From the NCBI RefSeq assembly GCF_030144855.1, contig NC_082714.1, forward strand, positions 49,228,001-49,292,000: a DNA stretch of 64,000 nucleotides, read 5' to 3'. The DNA is from Hypanus sabinus. Its lineage: Eukaryota. How positions within the stretch are numbered: position 1 is the first letter of the stretch; each line of letters starts with the position of its first letter. This document shows, one piece after another, positions 10,170-24,057 of the stretch. A program made the position numbers and the translations under genes. The notes under the pieces were generated by a model. It saw nothing but the letters and a program-made list of their open reading frames with translations, was not told the DNA's origin and searched no databases.

Positions 10170-11690
10170 GAGTTCTTTGAGGGGGTAACCAAGTGGCAGA
10201 TGAGAGTGGGGTATTGGCTGGTGTCTATATGGATCTTAGCAAGATCTTGATGCGAGCCCTAATGGCAGGCTAGTCTGGAAGCCAATTAGATTTATAATTG
10301 GCCCCATGGTAGAAAGCAGAGGGTGATGGTCAAGAATTGTTTCTCAGACTGGAAGCCTGTGTCCAGTGGTGTGCCACAGGTGTTGATGTTGAGACCTTTG
10401 TATTTTGTACTTTATATAAAGTACTTGGATATGAATGTACAAGGCATGGTTACTAAGTTTGCAAATGATACTGAAAATGAGTAGTGCTGTATGTAATGTA
10501 GAAGGCTATGAAAAATTACAAGCAGGGAATTTGATTAGCTAGATAGGTGGACTGAAGATTGTTAAATGGCTTTCAATTCAGGAAAAAAATGTGAGATAAC
10601 TCTTCTTGGGACACTAAACCAGGAAAGGTTTTGTACTGTGAATGTTAGGGCCGTGGGTATGGTTGTAGAACGGGGGACCTAGGAGTGCATAGTATGCTGA
10701 AAGCGGCCACACAAGTAGACGGTGGTGAAGAATTTATTTAGCATGCTGGCCTTCGTCAGACAAGGCCTAGAGTTTAGGAGAAGGGGTATTAAGTTGCAAC
10801 TATATGTCATTGGTGACACTGCACTTGGAGAATTGTGTATAGATTTGGTCGCCCTATTATAGAAAAACATTGTCAAACTGGAGAGGCTGTAGAAGATTTT
10901 ACATGGACTAGAGGGTCTGAGTTGGAAGAAGAGGTTGGCAACACTGGATCTTTATTCCTTGGAGGTTGGGAGAATGAGAGATGGCCTCATAGGAGTTTAT
11001 AAAATCATGAGAAGCATGGTTAAAGTGGATGGTTAAAGTTAAAGTTTTTTCCTCAGCATTGAGGAGTCCAAAGCAGAGGGCAGATATGCAATAAGAGGGC
11101 AGAGATTTAAAAGGGACCCAAGAGGTAACTTCTTTACACAGAGGATAGTGAGTACCTGGAATGAGCTGGCAAAGGAAGTAATTGAGCTGCAACATGTAAG
11201 AAGTATTTGGATAGGAATATGGAGGGGAAGGGTTTGGAGTATTCTGGGCTAAACACGGGCAGCTGAGACTATAAAGAGGGATGTTGTGGTTGGAATGGAT
11301 CATTTGAGCCAGTTTCCATGCTGTATGATTCTATAACCTGATAGAGGGATGAGTGACATAGGGTGAAAGTACATAGTCTTTTACTCAGGGAGGGGTGCTA
11401 AAAATGAAGGCATAAGTTCAAGATCAGAGGTGAGAGATTTGAAAGGGGCATCAGGGGCAGCTTCCCTTTGAAAAGGGTGCTCCATATTTGGAATGAGCTG
11501 TCAGAACTAGTGGTTGGGATGGGTACATTAGCAACATTTAAAAGCCACCTAGATAAGTACTGGATCGGGGAGTTGAAAAGGGCTATGGGAAAGACGCAGG
11601 CAAATGAGACTAGCTCACTGGACAACACAATTGATGTGAACATGTTGGGCCCCAGGGCCTGGTTCCACATTGTATGTTTCTATGACAAAT
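10170..11690 (+). mobile_element. Decayed CR1 LINE 3' fragments in tandem
   Basis: RT-like remnants (VSSGVPQ, KFANDT, FTQRIVSTWNEL, LHIWNEL) with many disruptions. Boundaries approximate. Confidence 0.75.
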
Positions 11691-11906
11691 TGGTGCAATT
11701 GTGAACTGGTGGGTTTACAGTATCAAGAGTGATTCTTACTTCGAAATTTTACATCTTAGATCTTCGTGATCTCCTACACAACTTGAGCTGCAAAGGAGAG
11801 GTATATTTTTGTTACAATGTTTTTTAATTTCCTTGGATGTATGTAAAATGCTTAATGGTATAATAACTAGTTCCCAGTTAAATTTTATTCTGGCTTGCTT
11901 TTTCAG

Positions 11907-12095
11907 AGGGCCTTTCCCATCCTTGTGCACATCTAACACTTCTCTCCGGAACAAATGGGAGCCTCCTTTGGAAGACAGCTATAACAGAGGATATTCAACA
12001 CATTGAATGTGGGCTACAAAATCTTGGTGGTACGAAGTCTTCAGGGTGCCTAGTTATTGGAATCAACCAATACCTTTCTACAATCAGTTCTTCTG
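11907..12095 (+). CDS. FAM234A: FAM234A coding exon 3
   Basis: EGLSHPCAHLTLLSGTNGSLLW...GCLVIG; AG/GT flanks; phase 1 to 1. Confidence 0.92.
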
Positions 12096-13340
12096 GTATA
12101 TATTTTGAGTATATTTAGCTTTATGATAGTGTTCTCTGAAGAAGATATTCTTCTGTTAATGATGGGCAACCACCCTACTCTCTCTAGCTCCTATTCGTTT
12201 AAAGGCAAAGAATGGGAAGGCTAGTACTTCTCTGCTCACTGGAGAGAGGATATCATCTGGAAATTGGGGATGGTGGTGAAACCTTTTCCATATTCTGATT
12301 TTGCCTGTTAAGTTCAGTGTTATTTCTATTCAACACATTGAATGCAGCCTACAAAATCTTGATGGTCTTCAGGATGCTTAGTTATTGGAATCAATCATTA
12401 CCTTTCTATAATCAGTTCCTCTGGTATATATTTAACTTCATGATAGTGTTCTCTGAAGGAATTTATCATAAACATTATGAATAGTTACAGTGACATAATC
12501 ATGGAGCAGTTATTTAAATAGATTAGTTAAACTAAGATTTCTGTAAATATGAAAAGGTTCATAACCTGTTAACTAAAACTGGAGAACAGGGAGGTTTTTT
12601 TTACTTAAGGAATTGAAAGGCCAATGGATAGAGATGATGAGAGAGTTTAAGAGGAGAAAGAGAGAGATAAGAGAGAGATGAGATGGGATGCTGGCAGGAA
12701 GTGCGAAGCAGCGGGGAGATTGGAGGGGTGGTAAGAATGCAGGAAGAAATAGCAGCAATGGCAAATTTTCAACTGGATAAGGACTGGTCTGTGATATGTG
12801 CTTCCTCGGACTTGGAGATACTCTTTTGTTAATGATAGCCAAAGAATGATTAACCACCATGCTCTCTCCAGCTCCTGTTCATTTTGATGGCAAAGAATGG
12901 GGATGCTAGTACCTTTTCTCTGCTTACTGAGGAGAGGACATGACCTAGTAATCAGGGATGGTGAAGTACAACACTTTTATTGTGAACCTGTAGCTGTTTT
13001 ACAAACATAGGTGTGCTGCAGTGCACCAGCATGAAGTCCAAGATTGAATGATGTTTGGTTCCCCATGATCTGGCCCATTAATTTTCACATAAGCAGTTTT
13101 TTTCTTTAGATGTTGTCAGGTTACTCAACATGCATTTCATGTACTTTAATTTTGCATTGTGTCCACCTTAATACAATAGCAGAAAATGAAAAAGTTAAGA
13201 TTTTAATGGTTTAGTTATAAGAGAAGTGGATAATCCAGCATGTTGATTGCTAGCAATTTCTAAAACCAACCTAAACCTTTATTTGGCCTTTGATTTTTCA
13301 TGAATACTTTAAAAAAATTGCCTTGTGCCTTATATTTAAG

Positions 13341-13471
13341 GTGAAACATTGTGGAGACTCAATACCAGTCTTACTGCTGACCTTTCAGTGATTAGTCCTG
13401 CACTGGTGCTTCCAGACCTAGATGATGATGAAGTTGGAGATTTTTTGCTGTTATTTGTACCTGCTGATCAG
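13341..13471 (+). CDS. FAM234A: FAM234A coding exon 4
   Basis: GETLWRLN...LPDLDDDEVGDFLLL; phase 1 to 0. Confidence 0.92.
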
Positions 13472-13589
13472 GTATGGGAAATAATTACTTTGACTGCGAT
13501 AAGGTGAATGTCTGTGGTTGTTGCATACCAAATATGCACCTTTTTTGTGTAGAGAAACAATAATAATAAGTAGTTTGCCTTTCTTTAAC

Positions 13590-14390
13590 TTAGACCATCT
13601 TGAGCCACATGGTCATTTGCCCACTTGAACCATGTTAGAATTTTGCAGAACAATCCTGTTGGTTTCATTCTCCTGCTCTAGCCACCTAGCCTTGCAAAGT
13701 TATTGATCTCCTACCTATCTAATTTTCTTCTTCAATCATTAGTAGCCTCTGCTACAGTGACTTGTATAGGCTAAGAATGCCAGTTTGATACCACTTGCTA
13801 TATAAAAACAATCTGTAGGTTCTTCCTTGCATTCCTCTATATTTTTGCCCGAAGCATAAAGTTTGTGTCCATTGGCCCTTCAATTATTGGCTCATAACAA
13901 CAGCTTTTGTTTTGTCTACCCTGTCTACATCTGTTGTAATCTCACACACATCAATTAAATCTCCCCTCATCTTCTAGGGAGAACAGATTCTCTAGCCTAA
14001 CCTTATTTCTAGATCTCTTGCCTTACATCATCTCAAATACTTGAGGACCTTTCCTAAGGTCTTCTGTAACATAACTATACTTTTATTTAGTGTATCTATT
14101 TATGTAACTCAAGATGCCACATGATTCATTGACTACTCTTCCCTAATGTTCTGCCGTACAATGCACTCAATCCCCAGACCCTCTGTTCTTGCACAAACCT
14201 TTAGATTTGTGACTTGTGGTATATATTGCCACTTCCCATTGCTTTTGCTGGTGAATTGCATCTATTTTTGTATTAAATTCCATCTGCCACTTTTCTGCAC
14301 ATTTTTCTGGCTTATCTCTAACTTGCAACTTGTTTGATAAACCTCCTAAGCTTGGTATCATTGGACTGCCATGTAAGTTTCAAAATTTAT
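13590..14390 (-). mobile_element. Decayed CR1 LINE
   Basis: Minus-strand ORF fragment AEKWQMEFNT, typical of CR1 RT. Boundaries approximate. Confidence 0.6.
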
Positions 14391-14404
14391 CAACACCATT
14401 TATT

Positions 14405-14690
14405 AGGGCGCCACGGTAGCGTTGCTGTTAGCGCGACTATTTTACTGCTCAGGGCGTTCCGTAATATAGTGTTAAATTGTAGTGCTGTCTGTGAGCGGGT
14501 GCTCTGGTGTCTTCCCACAGTCCAATGACATAGTGGGTGGGTTAATTGGTCAATGTATATTATCCTATGATTAGGTTTGGGTTAATCCGGTTTGTTGGGG
14601 GCTGCTGTGGCAGCGTTGTGCAAAAGACCAGAAATAGGAAGGGCTACTCCAAATTGTTATCGCTAAAAAAATTTTTTTTTTAATAAGTTA
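14405..14690 (+). mobile_element. tRNA-derived SINE (related copies at about 60412-60668 and 34710-34866)
   Basis: GGCGCCACGGTAGCG head and shared core CTTCCCACAGTCCAA...TTAATTGGTCA..., ending in an A-rich tail. Confidence 0.6.
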
Positions 14691-14853
14691 ATACCGTGGG
14701 GTTATTTATGTAAAGAATTATCAAACTGTAAAGTATTTGATAATTACTACATAACTCCAAGCACTTGCACTTTTGACTTTGTACAAGGTGTCTGCGTTGA
14801 ATATAACTGGCAGATATGTATGCATTCAGAATGAGTTTTGTGTTTTCTTCTAG

Positions 14854-15013
14854 GGTATCTCAGTTAATACATTGATTTTCCTTCTAATATCTGGAAAGAA
14901 TGGAGATCCCATTGGTGAAAAAGTGTACCGCAGTATTACCAAAGGTTTCATGCCTTCCAGTCCCCTGATTCATATTACCAATACTGGGGCCTACTATATT
15001 CTCTTTATTCAAG
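14854..15013 (+). CDS. FAM234A: FAM234A coding exon 5
   Basis: LISGKNGDPIG...HITNTGAYYILF; phase 0 to 1. Confidence 0.92.
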
Positions 15014-15215
15014 GTAACTGCTAAGATACCAGATTTCTATTTGTGTTTATTGTCACTTTTAATTTCTTGAAAAGCTATACTTAATTGAAGATACATTTAC
15101 ACAATTAATAAGGTTCCTGAAAAGCTAATTCCATTTTCGTCAGGTGGGCCAAAACACCAGGTGTTGGATTTTTGACAATGAAGCATCAGTGGCTAAACCT
15201 GCCTCCATGTGTAGT

Positions 15216-15324
15216 CATACACACAAAATTATTTTGGAACTCAGCAGGCCAGGCAGCATCTGAAGCATTTTGTGTGTATTACTTTGATTTCCAGCATCTG
15301 CAGGTTCTCTGTTGTTTGGGGACT
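15216..15324. mobile_element. Collapsed foldback of Penelope-like 3' end (ribozyme lost), flanked by a 9-bp TSD
   Basis: ATGTGTAGT at 15207-15215 and 15325-15333. Contains CACACAAAAT...CAGCAGGCCAGGCAGCATCT joined to GCATTTTGTGTG...CCAGCATCTGCAG. Confidence 0.7.
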
Positions 15325-15568
15325 ATGTGTAGTTGGTAGTTTTGACTGAGGTCATTGTGAGCCTTTGTTGGAGTCCAATGGCCCATTTCACTTGTACTTT
15401 ACAATGTTAAACTATTAGAGATGTTTGTATTTTGTTGATACGTTAAACTTCAGCTCTCTCTGCCTATCTTTGTGAAAAATGATTGAGAAATTCTCTTAAG
15501 AGCTTGACCAACATTTATTTTCAACAGACACAATCAAAATAAATCAACAAGCTGCTTATTTCTTAGTA

Positions 15569-16448
15569 CAGTCGGACCTCCTTATCCGCGAATTCCGCAT
15601 GCACAAATTCAACCAATCACGAAAACCGGGAAGTGCTCTTCCAGCACCTGTTGTTCGAGCATGTGCAGACTTTCTTTTCTTGTCATTATTCTCTAAAAAA
15701 TGCAGTATTACAACCATTTTGCATAGCATTTACATTGTGTTAGGTATTATAAGTAATCTAGACATGATTTAAAATATACGTGAGGATATGCGCGGGCTAT
15801 TGTGGATTGGGATTGAAAAAAATCGTAAGTTTCCTTACTAAGTAAGTCGGAACAGCTACGTCCGTTATTATTTAGCGTCAGCTAGTCAAACGTTTGTCTT
15901 AGTATATAGTATATATTTTACCTTTCTATGCATATAAAACACTTAACGTATGTTTCAGCGCCGAGCTCAGGAGCCAGTGACAGACCATTTTCGAGTGCAC
16001 TCTCCATCCGGCCGGGTTGATGTGGAGGATCAAAAACCCAAAACCCAATAATTAAACCACTGCGTTGCTTAGTAGTAATTGTAGCTTTCATTGGGACAGA
16101 ACCTTTCTCACTTTATCCTTTAAAATTGTTCTGATCGTTGACCGACGTAGCCTAACGCTTTTCCAGTGACCGATGGCATTTCACCTCTTTCTGATCGCTT
16201 TATTATTTCCACTTTATTTTCAATCATGATCGTGATTACTTTCGCGAACAGAAACACTGTGGATTCCGATTTCTGCTGCCGGGTTTTAATGTCCACCACA
16301 CTGAATCAGGTTAAATAAGGTCTGGGGTTCCGCTGGGTCCTAAGGTCCAGCGCATTGAGATAGGTTGAATAAGGGACGAGCACCCGCAAGTTTTGGTATC
16401 TGCGAGGGGTCCCGGAACCAATCCCCCACGGATAAGGAGGGCCGACTG
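15569..16448. mobile_element. Tigger/pogo MITE, MER2-like
   Basis: TA TSD; TIRs CAGTCGGACCTCCTTATCCGCG and CACGGATAAGGAGGGCCGACTG. Confidence 0.9.
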
Positions 16449-18101
16449 TATGAAGCTGGTTTAAATCACAAAACATTTGTCATTGAACTTAAATTTATTC
16501 ATGATGATGCTGTATGACGCTTGGGAATGTTTAGGCGATTTAAAGGTTTTCCAGAAATAGCACCTTCCTAAAGGGTTTGAGTAATGTGTTGTGAACATTG
16601 GGGATTGAGGTTAATTGTGACTGAGTGCATACTTTTTTTTTCTTGATTTAACAACCAATCAGTTCAACCCAAAGTGAATTACAGCTATTCTGTGATGCTG
16701 CAAAACAGAGATGCATGCTAAATACCAAAAGCAGCATCTTTGTAGGTAGAGGAAAATTATCCTACAAATCAGAATAAAAAATCCCTCCATCAGCTAAGGT
16801 ACAGATTACCAAGTGCATATGGAGAACTAGCTTGAAGTATCTTTGAGCACCTTTGTCCACATATCCCAAGTGGATGGTGCCACCCATGATCTCTACCATT
16901 TCACATTCAAACATCCAGCCAGGTTGGTTCAGTCAATGTGACACCAAAAAGAATAGACATATAATGAAAGTTTTGATTCTGATAAAATCATATCTGTATT
17001 GCTGAAGATTTGCATATGTTCTTCACTTGCGTCCAGAGAGATTATGACAACATCCTTGATTTGGTAACACGGAAAATTATCCAAGCTTGCTCTACTTTCA
17101 AACTTCGTCAAGGCTCACCTAATCAACCTCTTTCCAGCTCATGCAGAACTTGCTTTTTTTTTCTGAAACCCTGGTGCTAAAACGTTATTTCAGAAAAGGA
17201 TGCTACCATCAATTTCTGAGGAAAGTTGGATGGGGTTGTCATTAAGGTAACGTACAACCAAATCTAGTACTGGAGGGGGGCATTAATATTGAAGTTGACT
17301 GGAGTTCTTTTTGAAAGCTATCTAGTGGTTAGTATATTATCTAGTAAACAGAACTATAGATGATCATTAAGGACCTACTTAAATTGTGGGATGAACAACT
17401 AAAAAAATTGAGTCTGACTTGCAAAGAGGAGGTAGGCAGCTTAAATTACATAAACCTGTATATCTGTAAAGCAAAAATAATTTTATACTTGCTAACAACA
17501 GTAATGTCCTGTTGGTCTGCATTGATCATTGATCACTAAAGCAAGTTGTGTTGAAAGGAGATCATTTGTTATTTCTTCCCTCCATCTTTCTCCCTTAATG
17601 GGATGAATAAAGAAAACTATAACCTTGTAAACTGGATCATGACTGTTACTATAGAGTGAGGACGTGTACTACATTTCTTTAAGAAAGCACAGTATTGATC
17701 CATATGTTCAGGACATTGTGATAGGATTGGCTAAATGATAATTACCAAGGAAACTTCTTTAGTCTTTGTAAGTAGCCTAAACCTGCCTGTGCACAGCAAC
17801 TTCCACAAACAGGAACACAACGTTCACCAGGCAATCAATCATTTATTGGTGATGTTCACTGAAGTATAAATATGAAGAAATTTCTAGGGGTAACACACCT
17901 ATTTGATAGCAAGTGATTGGTAAGTATGTCAAAAGTTCAAAGTAAATTTATTATCAAAGAACGTATATTCACTTCGAGCTTTTGATGTATTTACATATTT
18001 AGGTGTGTCTGGACTCTTGCCACCTACTTATCTTTATATGCAGATCATAGACCATCTAGTGCATGGAGTTAAAATAGCAAATTAATTTTCTAAATTTCCA
18101 G

Positions 18102-18252
18102 GAAATGGGCAAGGAGTGGCACTAAAAGATATTTATGCACAAGCAACTGGATTGCCACTTTCAACGTCGAAACTGAATCCAATATTAAATAAATCGGATC
18201 CCGAATGGGAGAAAAAGACTGATACTGTGTCTGGAATGGTAGAAGTGTACAG
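18102..18252 (+). CDS. FAM234A: FAM234A coding exon 6
   Basis: ALKDIYAQATG...KSDPEWE; donor AG|GTGAGT; phase 1 to 2. Confidence 0.9.
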
Positions 18253-18550
18253 GTGAGTTTCTGTTTGTGCATATCTAATATTAGGGTCTTATTGCCAACA
18301 AACAATGAAGCCATAAATTAAATCAGGTTGGTTATTTTGAAAACAAAACTTAACAGTATTTTAAAGGAAAATACCTTTTATTTGGTGAGTTGTTTTTTTT
18401 TGAAGACCTAATGCCTTTTTATATGAGGACATTTAACAATTGTTGGTCAGCAGTGTAATTAAATATAACTGATACCAATTTGGAGTAATGTCTGAATTGT
18501 TAATTTTTTAAACATTTATTATTTTGTCCTTCCTTCTTTCTCCCTTCCAG

Positions 18551-18697
18551 TTCCCAGACTACTAAATATCTTCAGCCGATTCATGTCCCAGGAAAGAATG
18601 CTGGCAAACTGCTAATTAGCACAAATGATACAGTTGAGCTTTTGGATGGACAGAACTTGCAGACCTATTGGTATCGTAATCTATCACAGATTCAAGG
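18551..18697 (+). CDS. FAM234A: FAM234A coding exon 7
   Basis: HVPGKNAGKLLIS...LLDGQNLQTYW; phase 2 to 2. Confidence 0.9.
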
Positions 18698-20892
18698 GTA
18701 AATTTTTACTTAATTTCCAACTAAAACAGTAGATTTGTTTTTTTGGGGGGGGAACAGATGTGGGTATTAATGACAATATTAGAAGTTTAGGACATTACTA
18801 TCTCAAGTTTATTATTATCCTGTAAATCCTCAGTCGATTTGTATTGGTTGTACTTGTGTGGTTATATAAAGCAGAGATGTAACATGGTGTTGTCAGCTGT
18901 GAGTCAGTAAGTGGCTGTGTTATTCTTATCCTGCTCCAGAGACCATATATTAATAGAAAACAATGGCTCACATAATAAATAGTCAAATGGGATTAATCTG
19001 TTATAATAGTAGCAGAGTCATGACTTTGGGGGTGGAGAAGGCAGGATTGGGGTGTTATGGGGAAGGATGGGTGACATTCAGGGGCAGTGTTCATTTAGAA
19101 GAATACCACATATTTGGAGAGGGAGTTTGCCCAGACAGGGAAGCACAATCTAATAGGTAAGAGCAGAGAATCTATGGTGATACCATTTCATCGATGGATG
19201 TATTCTATGGATTGCTCAACAACGAAAAGGAAAAGAAAGTCACAGAGACATCCAAATTCTGAGATTATTAGCGTTGTGAGGGGGTTTCATATGAACAAAA
19301 ACAATAAGAGGCACAGTGGGTAAGGAAATAATGGTGTGTTCAGGAGGATATCTGGCTCAGCAGGAAGGAGGACTTGCTTCTGTACAAAAGAGTGGAACAG
19401 GATTCTGTGGTGGAAGAGTTGGGGAGCAACAGCATTATATCATGAGCTTACAACAGTTATGAAATTGATACAAACTACTTTTTGAGAAAAATAGGTGAAC
19501 CAAAATGCCAATTTTAAGAATCTGATTTGGCAAATTGGAATCAAAGGGCAAGCAAAAGCCTGCAGATGCTGAAAATCTGGCATAGAAGAGAAAATGGATA
19601 GCAGAAGTGTCAGGAAAAACATAGTTTCAGGCTGATGATACTTCTTCAGTTCTTGGCTGATTCAGTTGCTCATTGTCGAGTCCAGAGAGATATTTTGGTT
19701 AAATGCATTACAATCCTCTGGGCTTAACATTCAGCTCAGCCATTCCAGCTATATATCTCAGGTTTAGTTTCTTCCTCTTCTGGTAGCAACACCTGCTTGC
19801 ATCTCTTCTAGCATCTGCGTGTCCTCTGTTGTTAATTTTACCATCAACCTCCTTCATCTGTCTCCTCCTCCTCATTAGTATTGCAATCTTTACTGGGCTT
19901 TATTCTACCATTCCTCTTTTCCATTTTCCTCACTGCTTCTTCCACTGCAATTTCCAACTACTCTTATCTCTGAACTTTACCTGTTCTGATGAAAGGTCAC
20001 AAACTGAAACATTAACCAACGTGTTAATATCCAGCACTTTCTGTTTAAATTGGCAGTAAAGATCAGCGTGTAAAACTACTTTAACAAAGGGAGGTAGTTT
20101 GGTTGCATCGTGGGTGCATGCCATGAGGGGAAGAGGAAACGCCATTAAACCCAGAACTTGTACAAAGAGAAAGGAAGAGTCAAAGAAAGCAGGAAAAAAA
20201 TGAAAGTAATAGTTTAATAACAACTGAACAACTAGGCTTACAAGGCTCTTTTTGAAGAGGGGTTTGGTAAGACCACACTTAAGAGTATTGTGTACAGCCT
20301 TGGTCTCCTTATCTGAGAAAGATTGTATTTCATGCCATTGAGGGAATGCAGTTAATGTTTACCAGACTGATGTCTGGAATGATAGGATTGTTGTATGAGG
20401 AGAGGTTGAGCTTGTACCCCTTAAACCGTTGACGATTGAGAGAGAATATAATTCAACATATCCAATATGCTTCTCAGCTGGTTTTTAATGAAGTAAGTTG
20501 TCACAATCTGGAATGCACTGATGGAGAAATAATGGCAATAAATTCAATTGCCTTATTAACTGGATAAGTAGAAAAAAATATTTCCACATTTTGGGGAGAG
20601 GGATGGGCTGCATTGTTTTTACTTAGAGCCAGCACAGACTTTGTGGGACAAATTGCCTTATTTAATGCTAATATTTTGGGATTCTTTGCCAATAAGTGTA
20701 AGCATTTACTGGAAGTTTTTTAGAAAAAATGATCGTCAACATTTTAAAATGTGTTGATTCATCACGATATATTGTTTTTAAGTTGAAGGAAATAAGAGTA
20801 GATTACTTTTGACAAGATAACTTTATACAGCAATTTTTAAAAAATAGAATATAAAAATACTTTTTGGAATGATGCAAGATTTTTATTTACAG

Positions 20893-20974
20893 GGTGCCAT
20901 TACCTGGTTATTTTAACATGGATGATGTGTTTGATTTTTTAATTGAAGATTTAATTGAAAAGGACAAAAAGAAG
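20893..20974 (+). CDS. FAM234A: FAM234A coding exon 8
   Basis: VPLPGYFNMDDVFDFLIED; phase 2 to 0. Confidence 0.85.
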
Positions 20975-21644
20975 GTTTGACTATAATGAATACCTTTATA
21001 TAATATCACTTGGAATATTTATATGAATTAACAAAAAAAATAGTTCCATTTAATATCAGAGAATGTATAAAAAATACAACCTGAAATTCTTGCTCTTCAT
21101 AGACATCCATGAAAACAGAACAGTACCCAAAAGAATGAATGACAGTAAAAATGTTAGAACCCCAAAGCCCCCTCCTCTCCCCTCCCACGTAGAAGCAGCA
21201 AAGCATCAACCCCTTTCCCTCCCCCACTCAGTTAGGCAATAATAATATTTTAGCAATCATTATAATGGTTTAATCACTGCCTTTCCCATTCATAGGGGTA
21301 ATTTAATCAGTCCAATTTGTGATCCTTACTCTCAAAATATAGATACCCCTGCCAAAATCAGTATTTTGTATAGATTTATATACAGTTGGTTAATGTGAAT
21401 GAGTGGCAATAAATTCAGAGTCAACAGCATTTGGCTGAAGTCATATAAAAGCCATATTATAAAGAAACATCTGTATTCATCAAACTTACAAGGGAAACTT
21501 TTGGGTTTTATAAAATTCAGCAAAACAATGTTAATTTTTACTTAATTTGGTTTTCATTTCTGGGATTTGGGTGGGGGAGAATGGTAGGAATAGATTGTAG
21601 TTATTATTTGAACATTTTAAATTAGGTCCCATAAGATTGTTGTA

Positions 21645-22123
21645 GCCGGGGTTGATAGTGGGGATAATCTCCCACTACCTATCAAATGTTACCAATGGTG
21701 TGCTTTTCAAATAACCTCTGACAACCAAGTCCAATTCCTGACCTTCATGTGTAGCTTAGCTACTAAGCCTGGTGAAAGTGTTTCTCCTGACAGGAGAAGG
21801 GGCAAGGGCAGGTAATGTGCCTTAAAACCAGTAGCTTTGGGCAGAGGAAGCTCATCAGCCGTGGTTGAGAGCTCATAAGGAGAAGGAAAACTCTGATCTC
21901 AAACCTCTGCTGCATTGTGGCTATACCCACTCATGAGGAAGGCTTTAGGAGTAAAGCAAAGGGAAAAATCTAGAGCTGGAGTCCCCTAGGCAGTCCCACG
22001 GGGTTGCCTGCTACATGGGCAACAGTTTGCTCTCCATATCATACTGCCCTGGCTTGCATTTTGCGTAGACAGCTGGGACGAAACATCCATGGTCGACTCC
22101 AACCCCAACCAACGGAGAGCCTC
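21645..22123 (+). repeat. Interspersed repeat (second copy at about 38360-38922), possibly RTE 5' UTR or SINE
   Basis: The two copies align along about 500 bp (CCACTACCTA, GCTTAGCTACTAA, CTGATCTCAAACCTC, CATCCATGGTC). Confidence 0.7.
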
Positions 22124-22349
22124 CCCTAAATTCTGGATCAGCATGCTGTGCATAACAGCAACAACCAATCATGTTCATTAAACATTACAACTAAATGCCA
22201 TTTTAAATAATTAGAGTGTTTGTATTAACTGCACCAAATTCTGATTGAAACAGAATCGTCTGTAGTTGGGTAGACTGGATGTGAATCCATCCCTATAGCA
22301 TTCTAAATTGAGCTCCCTGGTGATTAGAGCCTTGAGTTTTAAGTGAAAA

Positions 22350-23870
22350 TCAAAAAGAAACTGCAGCTGCTGGAAATCTAAAATAAAACTGAAAACACAG
22401 GAAGTGGGTCAGATAGCTTCAGTGGTAAGAGGAAAAGAACGTTTCAAGTCCCAGACTCTTCGTCAGAACTGGGAAAGAGAACAAGTTTGGTTTTCAGTTG
22501 CAGAGAAGATGGGGTGTGGGATGAGTAGAAGAAAGGAAGTATTTGTAATAAGGTGTAATGGGCTTGTTTCATCAGACCCTATCATTAAAGTGTCCATGAA
22601 ATGTGATAATAAGCATACAGGCACAACAAACTAATTTAAATCTAATTTATTATCATAGAGTAGAAAGCACAAAGTACTACATAGCAAGTCACGAAGATTT
22701 CTGGGCTCACATTTCATACTCACCACTTGATTGTTGCTGTTGGCAGGCGATCCCTCATTTCTGACTTGCTCATGAAACCACCCCTTGGTCACAGGTACCG
22801 ATCACAATCCGGCTCCACTTGAAGTTCAAAATAAATTGTGAAAACGCAGCCCGATATATTCACAAGCCTAACAAGGGAGAGAAACGCAGAACCAGAGAAA
22901 CTCTTTGATCTTTTGTCTCAACACAGCCGTCATAAATCAATTAGCCATTGCTCCATTAACTCATGCCCCAACACAACATTCCTTGGACTGTAAAAAGCAT
23001 ATTAATGTTTACATGCATAAACAATAAGCCCAAATGCAGATAGACATTCTCAGTGTTTACCCACTAACAAACATTCACATTTTAATGATTACTTTACAGA
23101 CACCACATGCTCTAGAGTCTAGAAAGAGTTGAGTTGTCGCTTGACCAGACAGACATTCATTCATTGTTTTAAAAAATCTAATATAACATTGGGTGAGACC
23201 AAATGGTTAATGTAGCAGTTAGAAGAAGATTGTTTCTTTGCTATGTTCACATACAGGCTGTAAAAATAGAGAAAGAGAAAAATTGAGCCAAATGGGATGA
23301 GAGCCTGAAATCCAGGCCTCGAACTCCTGTCTTGCTAATGACAGGACCTCGAATATACTCACTGGTCTGTGGGCCTGAAGTCTGACCATGCTCTCGCCGC
23401 TGATGTTTGAATGCAGAGTGGAGGATTAGACACTGGCATGTCCTCTAATTCCCCACATCCCTCTTCCTAAACCTTCTCTGACCCCCAAAACCATCATTAC
23501 GGACCATGAAGGTGTTATTCTTCCAGCTTGTGATGGCTCCTGAGGGTCAATGCAGGAGATCATTGGTGGTTAAGTCAGAAGGAGAGTGGGATGGAAATTT
23601 AAAGTGACAGACAATTGGACACTAAGGATCACGCCTGTGGACTAAGTGCAGGTACTTGTCAAAGTGATCACCCTATCTACATCTGGTTTCTCTACTGTAG
23701 ATGAGTTTTGATTGTGAACACTGAATGTAGTACACTCTACTGAAAGTGCATGTCAATTGCTGCTTCTCCTGGAGAGACTGTTTTAGAGCCCCTGAATATG
23801 TAAAGGGAAGTGGTAAAAGAACAGGAATTGTATCTCCGTTTGCATGGAAAGTGTCATAAAATGGGGAACA
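22350..23870 (-). mobile_element. Decayed Penelope-like element fragments (3' end with hammerhead motif 22435-22472; GIY-YIG remnant about 23545-23860)
   Basis: Minus strand has CTGACGA AGAGTC TGG GACTT GAAAC GTT and translates to a remnant VYYIQCSQSKLIYSRETR. The two parts are separated by unrelated sequence. Confidence 0.6.
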
Positions 23871-24057
23871 GTTTGTAGGGACAGAAGTGTAGACAGAATT
23901 GGAAAAGGAGGAATTTCTGTCTGGTAGAAGAGCATAAAGCAGCTACTAATCATATGAAGTTAAATAATAAGATTAACATTAATTTAGGGTAGTTTTTAAG
24001 ACCTGATTTATATTTTTTGCTAGAAATATCAAAACATGAAATTGATTTGTTCTGTAG

